This document shows, piece by piece, positions 48,415 through 57,270 of a stretch of DNA of 64,000 nucleotides; within the stretch, counting starts at the first letter, position 1, and each line of letters opens with the position of its first letter. The position numbers and the translations under genes were made by a program. The notes beneath the pieces were generated by a model. That model had not been told where the DNA came from and searched no databases. It saw only the letters and a program-made list of their open reading frames with translations. Origin of the DNA: a virus; IMG/VR virus record IMGVR_UViG_3300025704_001538, positions 8,960 through 72,959 of that record; one strand, written 5' to 3'.

Positions 48415-49962
48415 ATGGGAACTAAGTCAAAAATAGAAAAAATACGAGAGATAGAAAACCGTATTATTACTGAAAAAATCGGTAATAAGTTACCCAGTCA
48501 AATAATTCAAGAAATGAAAAAAATAGGAATCGAAAGGTTACCTTATTCTTATTCAGCCGTTGAACGTTTTATAGATAAAGAAACTATGAATGTTCATTAT
48601 AACAAACACTATAAGGGATATGTTGAAAAACTCAACAAAGCGATTAAAGATAAGAGAGGTAAAGATAAGAATCTCGAAGACATTGTAAAAACAATATCAA
48701 TGTTCGATTATACAGTAAAAAACAACGCTGGCGGAGCCTTTAATCACGCATTATTTTGGAAAATGTTGAGTCCAGAAAAACAAAGGTGTTCAGGTGAGAT
48801 ATATAAAAAGATAATTAAAGACTTTAAAACTTTTAATAATTTTAAAAGTAAATTTGAGTCCGTCGCACAAAAAAGGTTTGGTTCAGGATGGGTTTGGTTA
48901 GTTTTAACAAAAAATAATCGATTAAAGATAATGTCGACCCCGAATCAAGACAACCCTCTTATGAACACAATTAAAGGGGGTGGGTTTCCATTGTTAGGTT
49001 TAGACCTATGGGAACACTCATATTATCTTAAATATAGAAATAAAAAAGATGATTATATAAAGAATTTTTGGTCAGTGGTTAATTGGTCATTTGTAAATGA
49101 TTTATATAATAGTCAAAATAAGGGAACCTTGACTGAGTCAGTACGACCCAAGGAGTTATTAGTTGAGTCTGAAAGTTCAGGATGTTCATCAAGGGATGTG
49201 AAAGAAACTATCGATTTATTCAATAAAAACCCAAGAATTAAATGGTCTTATAGAAAGGCGATAGATGAAATCTTTAAGGAAATATTTAAAGATTTTTGGA
49301 GAGAAAAACAAGGGGACCAGTTATCAGGTATTTATGATTTTGAGTATGAAGGTGTGGTCGAACCAGGAAGGTCAGTTCTAAATAAGATTAATACCAACGC
49401 AACGACATTTTGTCTATTAATGAATGATATGAACAAGGTGTTAAAGTATTACGGACACCAACCAATTAGTTTCAAAGGTAAAAGTGAAAGTCAACAAATA
49501 AAAGAGGTTTATAGATTTATAGGTTATATAAGAAATTTTAAAACAAGATTATTTGGACATGCGTCAAAAACGTTAACGAATATGTATAAAACTGTTAATA
49601 GAAGACACAAACAAGGTGACAGAACTGAACAAAATTCTGTCAAACTTTTAAATAAAATTTTTGGTGATGGAAATGTAAAACAAGTTGGTGAGATGGGTAG
49701 TGTCGTCGATGCGATAGGTGGAGTTGATGCCGTGATAAGAACACCTGAAGGTGATAAAACAGCACAAATAAAACCATTTAAATACTATACAGAAGACGAT
49801 GGTAAAATCATTATGTTTGATACGGGAGTTATAAAACCCTATAAAACTGATTGGTTAGTTTTTCATAATAGCAAAAAAGGTGTAATGGTATTCGATAATA
49901 GTAATACTGAGATAATAGGGGGTAGATATGTCTTTAATAAAGAGGATTTATATAATACTTAA
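48415..49962 (+). CDS. Mn-type superoxide dismutase fused to a C-terminal PD-(D/E)xK-like domain
   Basis: SOD motifs LPYSY, HYNKHYKGY, NNAGGAFNH, FGSGWVWL, NQD and DLWEHSYY; C-terminal GDRTE...GGVDAVI...AQIKP. Confidence 0.85.
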   Translation: MGTKSKIEKIREIENRIITEKIGNKLPSQIIQEMKKIGIERLPYSYSAVERFIDKETMNVHYNKHYKGYVEKLNKAIKDKRGKDKNLEDIVKTISMFDYTVKNNAGGAFNHALFWKMLSPEKQRCSGEIYKKIIKDFKTFNNFKSKFESVAQKRFGSGWVWLVLTKNNRLKIMSTPNQDNPLMNTIKGGGFPLLGLDLWEHSYYLKYRNKKDDYIKNFWSVVNWSFVNDLYNSQNKGTLTESVRPKELLVESESSGCSSRDVKETIDLFNKNPRIKWSYRKAIDEIFKEIFKDFWREKQGDQLSGIYDFEYEGVVEPGRSVLNKINTNATTFCLLMNDMNKVLKYYGHQPISFKGKSESQQIKEVYRFIGYIRNFKTRLFGHASKTLTNMYKTVNRRHKQGDRTEQNSVKLLNKIFGDGNVKQVGEMGSVVDAIGGVDAVIRTPEGDKTAQIKPFKYYTEDDGKIIMFDTGVIKPYKTDWLVFHNSKKGVMVFDNSNTEIIGGRYVFNKEDLYNT

Positions 49963-49969
49963 TATTTAT
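49963..49969 (+). promoter_or_regulatory. TATTTAT putative late-promoter motif (neck gene)
   Basis: 13 nt upstream of the ATG at 49983. Confidence 0.6.
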
Positions 49970-49982
49970 AATAAAAAGGTAT

Positions 49983-51095
49983 ATGTCTGCAATAACTGAA
50001 CCACAAAGAAGTAAATTATTTACTAGAATAAAACACCTATTAGGAGCTCCTATAAGAGGTGTTGAAATAACCGATGAAATGATGGACTCACTATTAGAGT
50101 TGTCCATACAGGATTACGCTCAATATGTTAATGATTGGTTAATAGAATCACAATGGACCTCGTTATATGGTTTAAATTTAGATGAACAGTCATTAACTAG
50201 AGCATTTATTAGTCGAAGTTTAGACTGGGAAACTCAGTATACTTACGCATATTCTAAGATTGTGGGACTTCAAGCGGGGGGTGACTCCGTTTTGAAGAAA
50301 GATTATATTGATTTGGTTGCAGGACAACAGATTTATGAAATACCCAAAGGAAGAGAATTAAATGAACTTTTATGGTTTAGTCGAGCAGAATTAGACGCCG
50401 CTTATTTTGACCCATTTATGGGTGGATTTGGTGGTTTTGGTGGAGGAGGTTTAGGTGGTGGCGCTGGTTTTTCACAAATGGGTACTACAGGAAATTATTT
50501 TATAACTCCCGCTTTCGATATCTTATTAAGAATGCAGGATATTAACATTAAAAGAAGAATAATTTCGGGAGAGTTAACATATAGAGTTACCGCACTTCCT
50601 AATGGTAAAAAGGCAGTACACCTAATGAACGTACCTGGAGGTAAGTTTGATTTCGGGAACCTTGAAAACAATCAATACAAAGTATGGTATTGGTATTACG
50701 AAACCGATGATAGGGACTCATGTTTAGCGGAAAACCCTGATATTGTTAGACTTCCTTCAGATATTCCGATAGATGAAATGTTATGGGATGAATTAAATAG
50801 TCCGGCACAGACATGGGTAAGAAGGTGGTTCACGTCATACGTAAAAGAATCATTAGGTAGAGTTAGAGGAAAATACCAGGGAAATTTAAAAACGCCTGAT
50901 TCGGAGATACAATTAGAATACGATTCGTTATTAACAGAATCTAAAGATGAAAAATCTAAATTAATTGAAGAATTAACACAGAGATTAGAAAGGTTAAGAC
51001 CTGACAAAATGATGGAGAGACAGGCAAGTGAGGCTGAAAATTTAAATAAATCATTACAATATAGGGCATTCCCAAGACAGTTTTACTCTATCTAA
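49983..51095 (+). CDS. Neck/head-tail adaptor (T4 gp13-like)
   Basis: LLGAPIRGVEITDEM N-terminus; WVRRW...KESLGRVRGKY C-terminal helix; Gly-rich loop. Confidence 0.75.
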   Translation: MSAITEPQRSKLFTRIKHLLGAPIRGVEITDEMMDSLLELSIQDYAQYVNDWLIESQWTSLYGLNLDEQSLTRAFISRSLDWETQYTYAYSKIVGLQAGGDSVLKKDYIDLVAGQQIYEIPKGRELNELLWFSRAELDAAYFDPFMGGFGGFGGGGLGGGAGFSQMGTTGNYFITPAFDILLRMQDINIKRRIISGELTYRVTALPNGKKAVHLMNVPGGKFDFGNLENNQYKVWYWYYETDDRDSCLAENPDIVRLPSDIPIDEMLWDELNSPAQTWVRRWFTSYVKESLGRVRGKYQGNLKTPDSEIQLEYDSLLTESKDEKSKLIEELTQRLERLRPDKMMERQASEAENLNKSLQYRAFPRQFYSI

Positions 51096-51096
51096 A

Positions 51097-51429
51097 ATGG
51101 CGATATTTAAATCAACACCAGTTACTAAAATTATTAATGGTATCACCATTAAAACATCAGAAGCAACTTTATTAAGTAATTCTAATTATAAAACTAACGG
51201 AGAAAGTGCGATTATTGTTAAAGACCTTAAGGCTTGTCAAGTAGAATTAGATTCAAAAACTACCGAAAATATAACAATAAAAGCTCTTTGTGATGTATTA
51301 ATAATTGCCGATTACTCTATAGATGATGAGTATGATGAGATACAACTTAATTCAGGGGCATCTGTAGAGTTAAGATTTTTAAGAGATGGATGGTATATTA
51401 TGTCATCTGATGGGTTAAAGAACTCATAA
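51097..51429 (+). CDS. Hypothetical beta-rich protein
   Basis: 110-aa ORF coupled to the neck gene; ends convergent with polB. Confidence 0.55.
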   Translation: MAIFKSTPVTKIINGITIKTSEATLLSNSNYKTNGESAIIVKDLKACQVELDSKTTENITIKALCDVLIIADYSIDDEYDEIQLNSGASVELRFLRDGWYIMSSDGLKNS

Positions 51430-54157
51430 TAGTCTTATTTTTATTTACATATTCCTTATTTACTAAATCCATAGTGTTGTCTACATACATGTAGTATGGG
51501 TCTATTCCCACAGATTTCCAAAAAATTTGTTCTGTATCAGAAAGAGTTAATACCTCATCTAAAGTGTCTTGGTCACCGTCCTTTCTTGGATACCCCCTAA
51601 CAAGTTTTGTTTGTGTTTTAGTAAATAGAGGTCTATCATCAGGATTTTCTACAAGTATTTCATCCCTAATCTCAGGAGAAAAAACAACCAATAAAGGTTC
51701 GATACGTTTGTTAAACGCAGTGATATAACGAGGGACATTGTAATCACCCAACTTATCGGGGTTTTGCTCAATATCATTTTCATCTACGTAATAACAGTTA
51801 ATAACCACCTCATCTTTTTTCTTTTGTACATCACCGTGTGATTTACGAGTACCGTTATTTACATAATAAATGGTATCGCCAAGACCGACACTAAGACCAT
51901 TTGCCATTGCAAGTTCCATATGTGCTTGACGAGACATGAATGACCCTGACTTAGTTCTTTTTGTGATGTGAACTTTATATTCCTCGATACTTTGTTTTAC
52001 CCTCGCCTTATTTGCAATTTTTGCAATCGGTATTTCACGATTATAAAGTTTACCTACGTAATCATAATAAGAATCCAAAAACTCCTGACCTTTACCGTCC
52101 AACAACATACTAAGACCCGAATCCAAAAACTCGGCAACGTATGTCTGCAGTTTTTTAGATTTAATAGTGTTACCTGTGAGTTTCACCTTTCCCTTATCCG
52201 TGAGTAGAGCGTAGTTTTTACGGGCAACATTAATTGTTGCCGGCCATTGTCCATCAGTATCAAGACCCATTTCATCTCTCATAAACAAATCATTATACTC
52301 CGCAACATCAGCTTCAGACCCCGAATATTCTTTATCCTTCTCAACCAAACCGTTTAATCCTTTTCCTATGTATGTGTGCGAATCACGACCTTCAGGAACT
52401 GAGAAGTTAACACCATCAGTATCCATAACGAGTGGTTCATACCCTCTCTGCATAAACCACATAATCATCTGTCTAAGGTATTGTCTACCCGTACAAGTAA
52501 TTTGTTCACCCATATCCATGTCACCCCACGGAAATACATGTGGGGCGGACAACGAACCAAAAAATGCGTTAATAAAAATTTTAATAGGAAGTTGTTTACG
52601 GTTATATTGTGATGATAACTTAGGGTCGGTAGTATAATGGTCAGAAGCCAGTTTCTTGTACTTGATACGAGTATCACGGAAATACTTCAACATACTCTTC
52701 ATCGCACCTGTAACGTCACACTTAGGGAATACATCGTGTACCAATTGAATAGAGGGGTATAGAGACGAGTAATCAAGTTTAAGTACATCAGTGGAGTACC
52801 CGACCTGTAATAGTCGTGAGAGACCCCCTGTAAACGAACGCTTGTCCCCTTTCTTTGGTATTGCAAGTCCGTGTTTGTACGACCAAGACATCATAATCAT
52901 TTTCCATAGTGTCGCAGTTCCCATTGTGGAAAGTCTTTCGTATGTGGTAGGTACAAGTTTTGCAAGAAGGAAGTTCGCTTGATTGAACTCCTCATCAACA
53001 ACCATAGTTTCCCAAATATCGTCATATAGGTATCTTTCGATGAGATACTCTCCATTTACTTTTTCGTAATGACCAGGAAATCTTTCCATAAGGTTTTCTG
53101 TGCCAGGTGAACCCATTTCTTTATACCCGCCTGTTTTGGGGTTGAAGTAATAGTCTTTGTTATCGAAATAGATTTTACCAATCTTATCACCCTTAACATA
53201 TACACGGTTTTCTTTTTCTGCTCCGATAAACTGGGTGATATACTTAAGACCCCAACTTTTGATGTCCGAGTTAATGGCTTGAGCTCGTCTGACTGCATGT
53301 GCAATATCTACGATATTATACCCCCACATCATCGTTTGGGTATAGTCCTCCATCTCGTTGGCCAACTTGAGCATCCCGTTCTTTTGTCTTAATGTTTTTT
53401 CAGGGTTTAAGGTTTTCGCCACTTTATTTATATCTAAACCGAGTATAGTTGCACGAGTCAATATAAAAGGAAAGTCGAAAAACGCGGAGTTATATCCCCC
53501 TATAAGTGTTGGTTTTAGATAATTTATAGTATTAAAGAAGTCGATTATCATTTGTTTTTCTTCTTCTTCATTTTGGGCGGATATAACCTTTTCAAACCCT
53601 CGATTGTCTTTCATACCGATAAGGAACATTTTATTCTTTGTCGCATCAAGACCTGTGGTTTCGATGTCGAATACAAATCGGTGAACCTCATCATACTCGT
53701 CGAACCCCTTAAACAAACGTTTTTGCTTTTGACACAGATATTGTTCTACTGGTGATAATATTGCGATAGCGTTTGTATTTTCTCTATCCCATGGGTCTAA
53801 TCCACCCATTTTAAAAAAGTTTACGAGGTTAGAGTAAGTTTTGGTTGTTTTAACCATATACTTTAGACCTTGTTCCATTCTTTCATCGCCACGAGTGTCT
53901 AACTTTTCGATGATAATACCATGTTTGGACATGGCTTCCTTTTGTGCATATTTGGAACCGTTATAAAAGTTCTTACCTTTTAAGTCTCCAACCCATGCAA
54001 ACGGGATAAAAGTTTCTGATTTAATTTGTTTTCCTTTTAGTGGGTCTTGAATGACTTTAAAAATCTTATTAGACCTGTAGTCGTATTCTAACGCTACAAT
54101 ATACTTTTCTTCATCCTCTCCGTGGAGGAATTGTTCAATTTCTTCTTGAGATACCAT
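51398..54157 (-). CDS. Family B DNA polymerase
   Basis: ExoI FDIETTG, ExoII YNSAFFDFPF, ExoIII YLYDD; pol motifs DYSSLYPS, KIFINAFFG and DTDG. Confidence 0.95.
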   Translation of the reverse strand: MVSQEEIEQFLHGEDEEKYIVALEYDYRSNKIFKVIQDPLKGKQIKSETFIPFAWVGDLKGKNFYNGSKYAQKEAMSKHGIIIEKLDTRGDERMEQGLKYMVKTTKTYSNLVNFFKMGGLDPWDRENTNAIAILSPVEQYLCQKQKRLFKGFDEYDEVHRFVFDIETTGLDATKNKMFLIGMKDNRGFEKVISAQNEEEEKQMIIDFFNTINYLKPTLIGGYNSAFFDFPFILTRATILGLDINKVAKTLNPEKTLRQKNGMLKLANEMEDYTQTMMWGYNIVDIAHAVRRAQAINSDIKSWGLKYITQFIGAEKENRVYVKGDKIGKIYFDNKDYYFNPKTGGYKEMGSPGTENLMERFPGHYEKVNGEYLIERYLYDDIWETMVVDEEFNQANFLLAKLVPTTYERLSTMGTATLWKMIMMSWSYKHGLAIPKKGDKRSFTGGLSRLLQVGYSTDVLKLDYSSLYPSIQLVHDVFPKCDVTGAMKSMLKYFRDTRIKYKKLASDHYTTDPKLSSQYNRKQLPIKIFINAFFGSLSAPHVFPWGDMDMGEQITCTGRQYLRQMIMWFMQRGYEPLVMDTDGVNFSVPEGRDSHTYIGKGLNGLVEKDKEYSGSEADVAEYNDLFMRDEMGLDTDGQWPATINVARKNYALLTDKGKVKLTGNTIKSKKLQTYVAEFLDSGLSMLLDGKGQEFLDSYYDYVGKLYNREIPIAKIANKARVKQSIEEYKVHITKRTKSGSFMSRQAHMELAMANGLSVGLGDTIYYVNNGTRKSHGDVQKKKDEVVINCYYVDENDIEQNPDKLGDYNVPRYITAFNKRIEPLLVVFSPEIRDEILVENPDDRPLFTKTQTKLVRGYPRKDGDQDTLDEVLTLSDTEQIFWKSVGIDPYYMYVDNTMDLVNKEYVNKNKTIMSSLTHQMT

Positions 54158-54227
54158 AATTTTAATTTTTACACTTGAGATATTATCCTCATATCGTAAT
54201 GATATGATTACTCTTAGTATTGATTAA

Positions 54228-54256
54228 AGTATATGGATTTTTTAATGGAGAGTCAA
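54228..54256 (-). promoter_or_regulatory. Sigma70-like early promoter of the DNA polymerase gene
   Basis: TTGACT-N17-TATACT. Confidence 0.7.
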
Positions 54257-54606
54257 TTTATATTAATGAATAACTTTTCTCTGATTGGACATATTAAGTC
54301 CCCATCTTTTGTTGTGATTGTAAACTCACCTATAAATCTACCTGACTGATTAGTGTCTCTTAAAGACCATTTGTAGTATATGTAATACTCTTTTGGTGAG
54401 TCGGGGCTGTTTAATAATTTTTCGGTTATAAACGCATTGTTCATAATAATTTTTTGTGCCCCGTCCGATTCTCGTTTCATGGAAAATCTTATAGATGCAT
54501 TAACTAAATCCTCATTAAATTTTTTATAATTGTCAGTTCTACCGTCATTCACCACTTCCATAGTAAGTATGGGTAATTCACTATTATTTTTAATAAAAAA
54601 TTCCAT
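54253..54606 (-). CDS. BppU-N-like adaptor protein (paralog of 61600..61995)
   Basis: FFIKNNSELPIL.ME...YKW...DT...GRFIGEFTI...PI. Confidence 0.6.
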   Translation of the reverse strand: MEFFIKNNSELPILTMEVVNDGRTDNYKKFNEDLVNASIRFSMKRESDGAQKIIMNNAFITEKLLNSPDSPKEYYIYYKWSLRDTNQSGRFIGEFTITTKDGDLICPIREKLFININ

Positions 54607-55812
54607 TTAACAACCCGTTACTGTTATTTGTCCTGCGGACCCTTCAACATCATTATAACCATACCAGTAACCACCGTTGGTTCCTGCGGAACTAAAGTTT
54701 ACAACTATTGTTGAAACGTATGCTCCATTATTATCGACACCATCAGACGACCCTAATGCGTCTGAACCATCGGGTTCAGATTCTGATGATATATTATATT
54801 GGTCAGCCATCCAAAACTGTGTTGTCGAGCCACTACTACATACGTGGAATTGGTACTCAACTCCACATTCTAACGTTAAATCAGGTTCAACCTCACCGTT
54901 AATGACCCATTGACCACTACCGTTTAATTGTACGTTATATCCTACAATACCACTACCTAATCCATCATAATCACAAGTACCATATAATTCTACTGCCATA
55001 CCACCTCCACAATCAGTAAGCGTATAAATCGTTGTGCCCGATTCTGAAGTGACCGCCATATATAATTCTTGACTTGCAAATGCCGGAGGAACACAGTCTT
55101 CATTAAAACTTGATTGTGTATATGTGGTACATTCTCCCCCCTCAGGAAATTGAACCTCAACACACGAACCCACAGTTGTGGGTAATCCCGATAAAGTAGG
55201 AATTGAAATTGGACAATCTAATAACGTACTACCAAAACCAAGGTCATTTATTGAACTGCAATTTATTAAATCGCAGATGCTCTGATATGCTCCTGACCCT
55301 ACTGTAGACATATAACCTAAGAATACGTTCACATCTTCCAGCGGGTCACCGACAGAGATGGTGTCTATATTTACCTCCACACATGGTGGTGGAGTTGGTG
55401 TTGGCGTTACAGTAATACTTGGCGTTATACTTGGTGTTATAGTAATACTTGGTGTTATAGTTGGTGTTACCGTAATACTTGGTGTTATAGTTGGTGTAAC
55501 TGTAGTTGATGGGGTGATTGTTGGTGTTATGGTAATTGACGGAGTAATGGACGGAGTAGTTGTCGGTGTTGGTGTTGGTGATGTAACGTATGTTACTCCA
55601 CTACACGCACATCCCGTATCCCCAGAAATATAATATTGTACACAACTTTCATCTGCACCAAAACCCACGGGATTAATAACCAAAGGGAAATCCTCATACT
55701 CAATATCGTTAGCAACTAATTGCCATGATGTTGGGTCACAGTTACTAACAAATACATCATAAGTACTTATGTTTGGTATCTCACTTCCTAAATTTATTGT
55801 TATTGATGGCAT
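54607..55812 (-). CDS. Pro/Thr-linker, Cys-rich putative virion appendage protein
   Basis: Shared N-terminal domain, ~65-aa TPSIT/TPT linker, C-terminal WVINGE.EP.L.LECG..YQF domain. Confidence 0.7.
   Translation of the reverse strand: MPSITINLGSEIPNISTYDVFVSNCDPTSWQLVANDIEYEDFPLVINPVGFGADESCVQYYISGDTGCACSGVTYVTSPTPTPTTTPSITPSITITPTITPSTTVTPTITPSITVTPTITPSITITPSITPSITVTPTPTPPPCVEVNIDTISVGDPLEDVNVFLGYMSTVGSGAYQSICDLINCSSINDLGFGSTLLDCPISIPTLSGLPTTVGSCVEVQFPEGGECTTYTQSSFNEDCVPPAFASQELYMAVTSESGTTIYTLTDCGGGMAVELYGTCDYDGLGSGIVGYNVQLNGSGQWVINGEVEPDLTLECGVEYQFHVCSSGSTTQFWMADQYNISSESEPDGSDALGSSDGVDNNGAYVSTIVVNFSSAGTNGGYWYGYNDVEGSAGQITVTGC
55411..55500. repeat. Three imperfect 30-bp tandem repeats encoding the Thr-Pro linker
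   Basis: agtaatacttggcgttatacttggtgttat / agtaatacttggtgttatagttggtgttac / cgtaatacttggtgttatagttggtgtaac. Confidence 0.8.
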
Positions 55813-55817
55813 ATTCT

Positions 55818-55824
55818 ATAAATA
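55818..55824 (-). promoter_or_regulatory. TATTTAT putative late-promoter motif
   Basis: 5 nt upstream of the ATG at 55812. Confidence 0.6.
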
Positions 55825-55830
55825 TTTAAA

Positions 55831-57270
55831 TTATGAACAACAGTCACCTCCACTGTAATTCCATGAAGATGGATTTGCGTTTGGTCCTTGGCTCGTAACT
55901 GTTATGGTTTCAGGAATTATACATTCGTTTATGGTTGTACTACTACCACCCTGTATAGTTAAACTTTCAGTACCCCCGTCACATAAGTCATAACTAAATG
56001 ATAAGTTATACCCTAACCCTACTTGGTTTGTGTTGTTTATTGTTACACCGGTACAAGATTCAACAAAATTAATCTGACCGTAGTTAGTTAGACTTTGATT
56101 TTGTCCATACCAATACCCTCCATCTGTACCGTCAGAATTGAAGGTCACACTTATAGTACCAAGGTTCTCACCATTATTAGTCACTCCATCAGACACACCT
56201 AACGCCCAGTCATTTGCGGGGTCGGTACCGGCTTCGTCAAACGCATTTGCGAGGTAGAACTCGGTTGTCGCTGCTGATGAACATATGTGGAAATCGTATT
56301 GTTGACCACAGATTAGATTTAGTGTTGGGTTAACCTCACCGTTAATAACCCATTGGTTTGATTCATTTAATGTAACATTAAATCCATTAACTATGTCTAA
56401 CCCTCCGTAATAGTCACAAGTACCATATAAACTTATTGATAATTCAGTCTCTCCACTTATTTGATAGATTGTATTTCCTGTCGCTGCGGAAATCATAACA
56501 TATGCGGGTGATGTAATATTACTATTATTAGTACATCCCGTACCAAAGAAGGTTTCATTTGTATGTGCTACACAATCACTAGGTGTTGCACCCGTATAAT
56601 AAATGGGTAATGACACTCCCGATTCTGTAGGTAATGTTTCGTTAGGGTCTAAGAAAATACCACAACTACCACTATACGGTAACAATCCGCCCGAACCTGA
56701 ATATGAGTTATTTAAAGAGACACAATTAATCCAATCACAGATTGAAACCTCCTGATTAGACCCTCCTGATGGTTGGTATATACTAAATACGTTTACGGTA
56801 GAGTCATAAGGAGTAAATTCGGTTATTTCCACTAACTCACAAGGTAGTGGTGTTGGCGTTGGAGTCATCGTAGGGGTTGTCGTTATTGTTGGAGTTATTG
56901 TGTTGGTAGGTGTCACAGAAGGAGTAACATTAGTAGGTGTCACTGATGGGGTTGTAGTTATTGTCGGAGTAATTGACGGGGTGATTGTTGGTGTTACGGA
57001 AGGAGTAGAACTACTTGTTGGTGTTGGGGTAGGAGTTACTACCCATCCGGTCCCTTGACACTCACATCCAGTATCTCCCTCTATTAAATATTGATAACAA
57101 TCTGAGATGCCGTAATCAGACAATAAAACATAAACAGGAAAATTACTATAACTTATATCATCCGCAACTTGTTGCCAAACGGGTGTACCACCACACACAC
57201 TGACAAAAACATCATAAGTGTTTATACCTAAAGTTTCACTATTTAATCCTATTTCTGCTAAGTTTGGCAT
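55831..57270 (-). CDS. Pro/Thr-linker, Cys-rich protein, paralog of 54607..55812
   Basis: YDVFVS.C...WQ.VA.DI.Y..FP, GDTGC.C.G, LYGTCDY, WVINGE and GGYWYG shared with the neighbour. Confidence 0.7.
   Translation of the reverse strand: MPNLAEIGLNSETLGINTYDVFVSVCGGTPVWQQVADDISYSNFPVYVLLSDYGISDCYQYLIEGDTGCECQGTGWVVTPTPTPTSSSTPSVTPTITPSITPTITTTPSVTPTNVTPSVTPTNTITPTITTTPTMTPTPTPLPCELVEITEFTPYDSTVNVFSIYQPSGGSNQEVSICDWINCVSLNNSYSGSGGLLPYSGSCGIFLDPNETLPTESGVSLPIYYTGATPSDCVAHTNETFFGTGCTNNSNITSPAYVMISAATGNTIYQISGETELSISLYGTCDYYGGLDIVNGFNVTLNESNQWVINGEVNPTLNLICGQQYDFHICSSAATTEFYLANAFDEAGTDPANDWALGVSDGVTNNGENLGTISVTFNSDGTDGGYWYGQNQSLTNYGQINFVESCTGVTINNTNQVGLGYNLSFSYDLCDGGTESLTIQGGSSTTINECIIPETITVTSQGPNANPSSWNYSGGDCCS

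Noticed and set aside
50418-50470. Gly/Phe-rich low-complexity DNA
   Set aside because: An in-frame GGFGGFGGGGLGGG loop of the neck protein, not a separate element.
51398-54157. Intein or intron in polB, nrdA or the helicase
   Set aside because: Lengths are ordinary, motifs are contiguous, and I saw no intein termini or homing endonuclease motifs.
55400-55580. Tandem repeats as a possible CRISPR array or DGR repeat
   Set aside because: In-frame coding repeats with no unique spacers, no adenine-specific variant pair and no reverse transcriptase in the window.
55358-55633. Gly/Val-repeat plus-strand ORFs (also 59848..60087 and 63023..63472)
   Set aside because: Reverse-complement reading of Thr-Pro linker codons.
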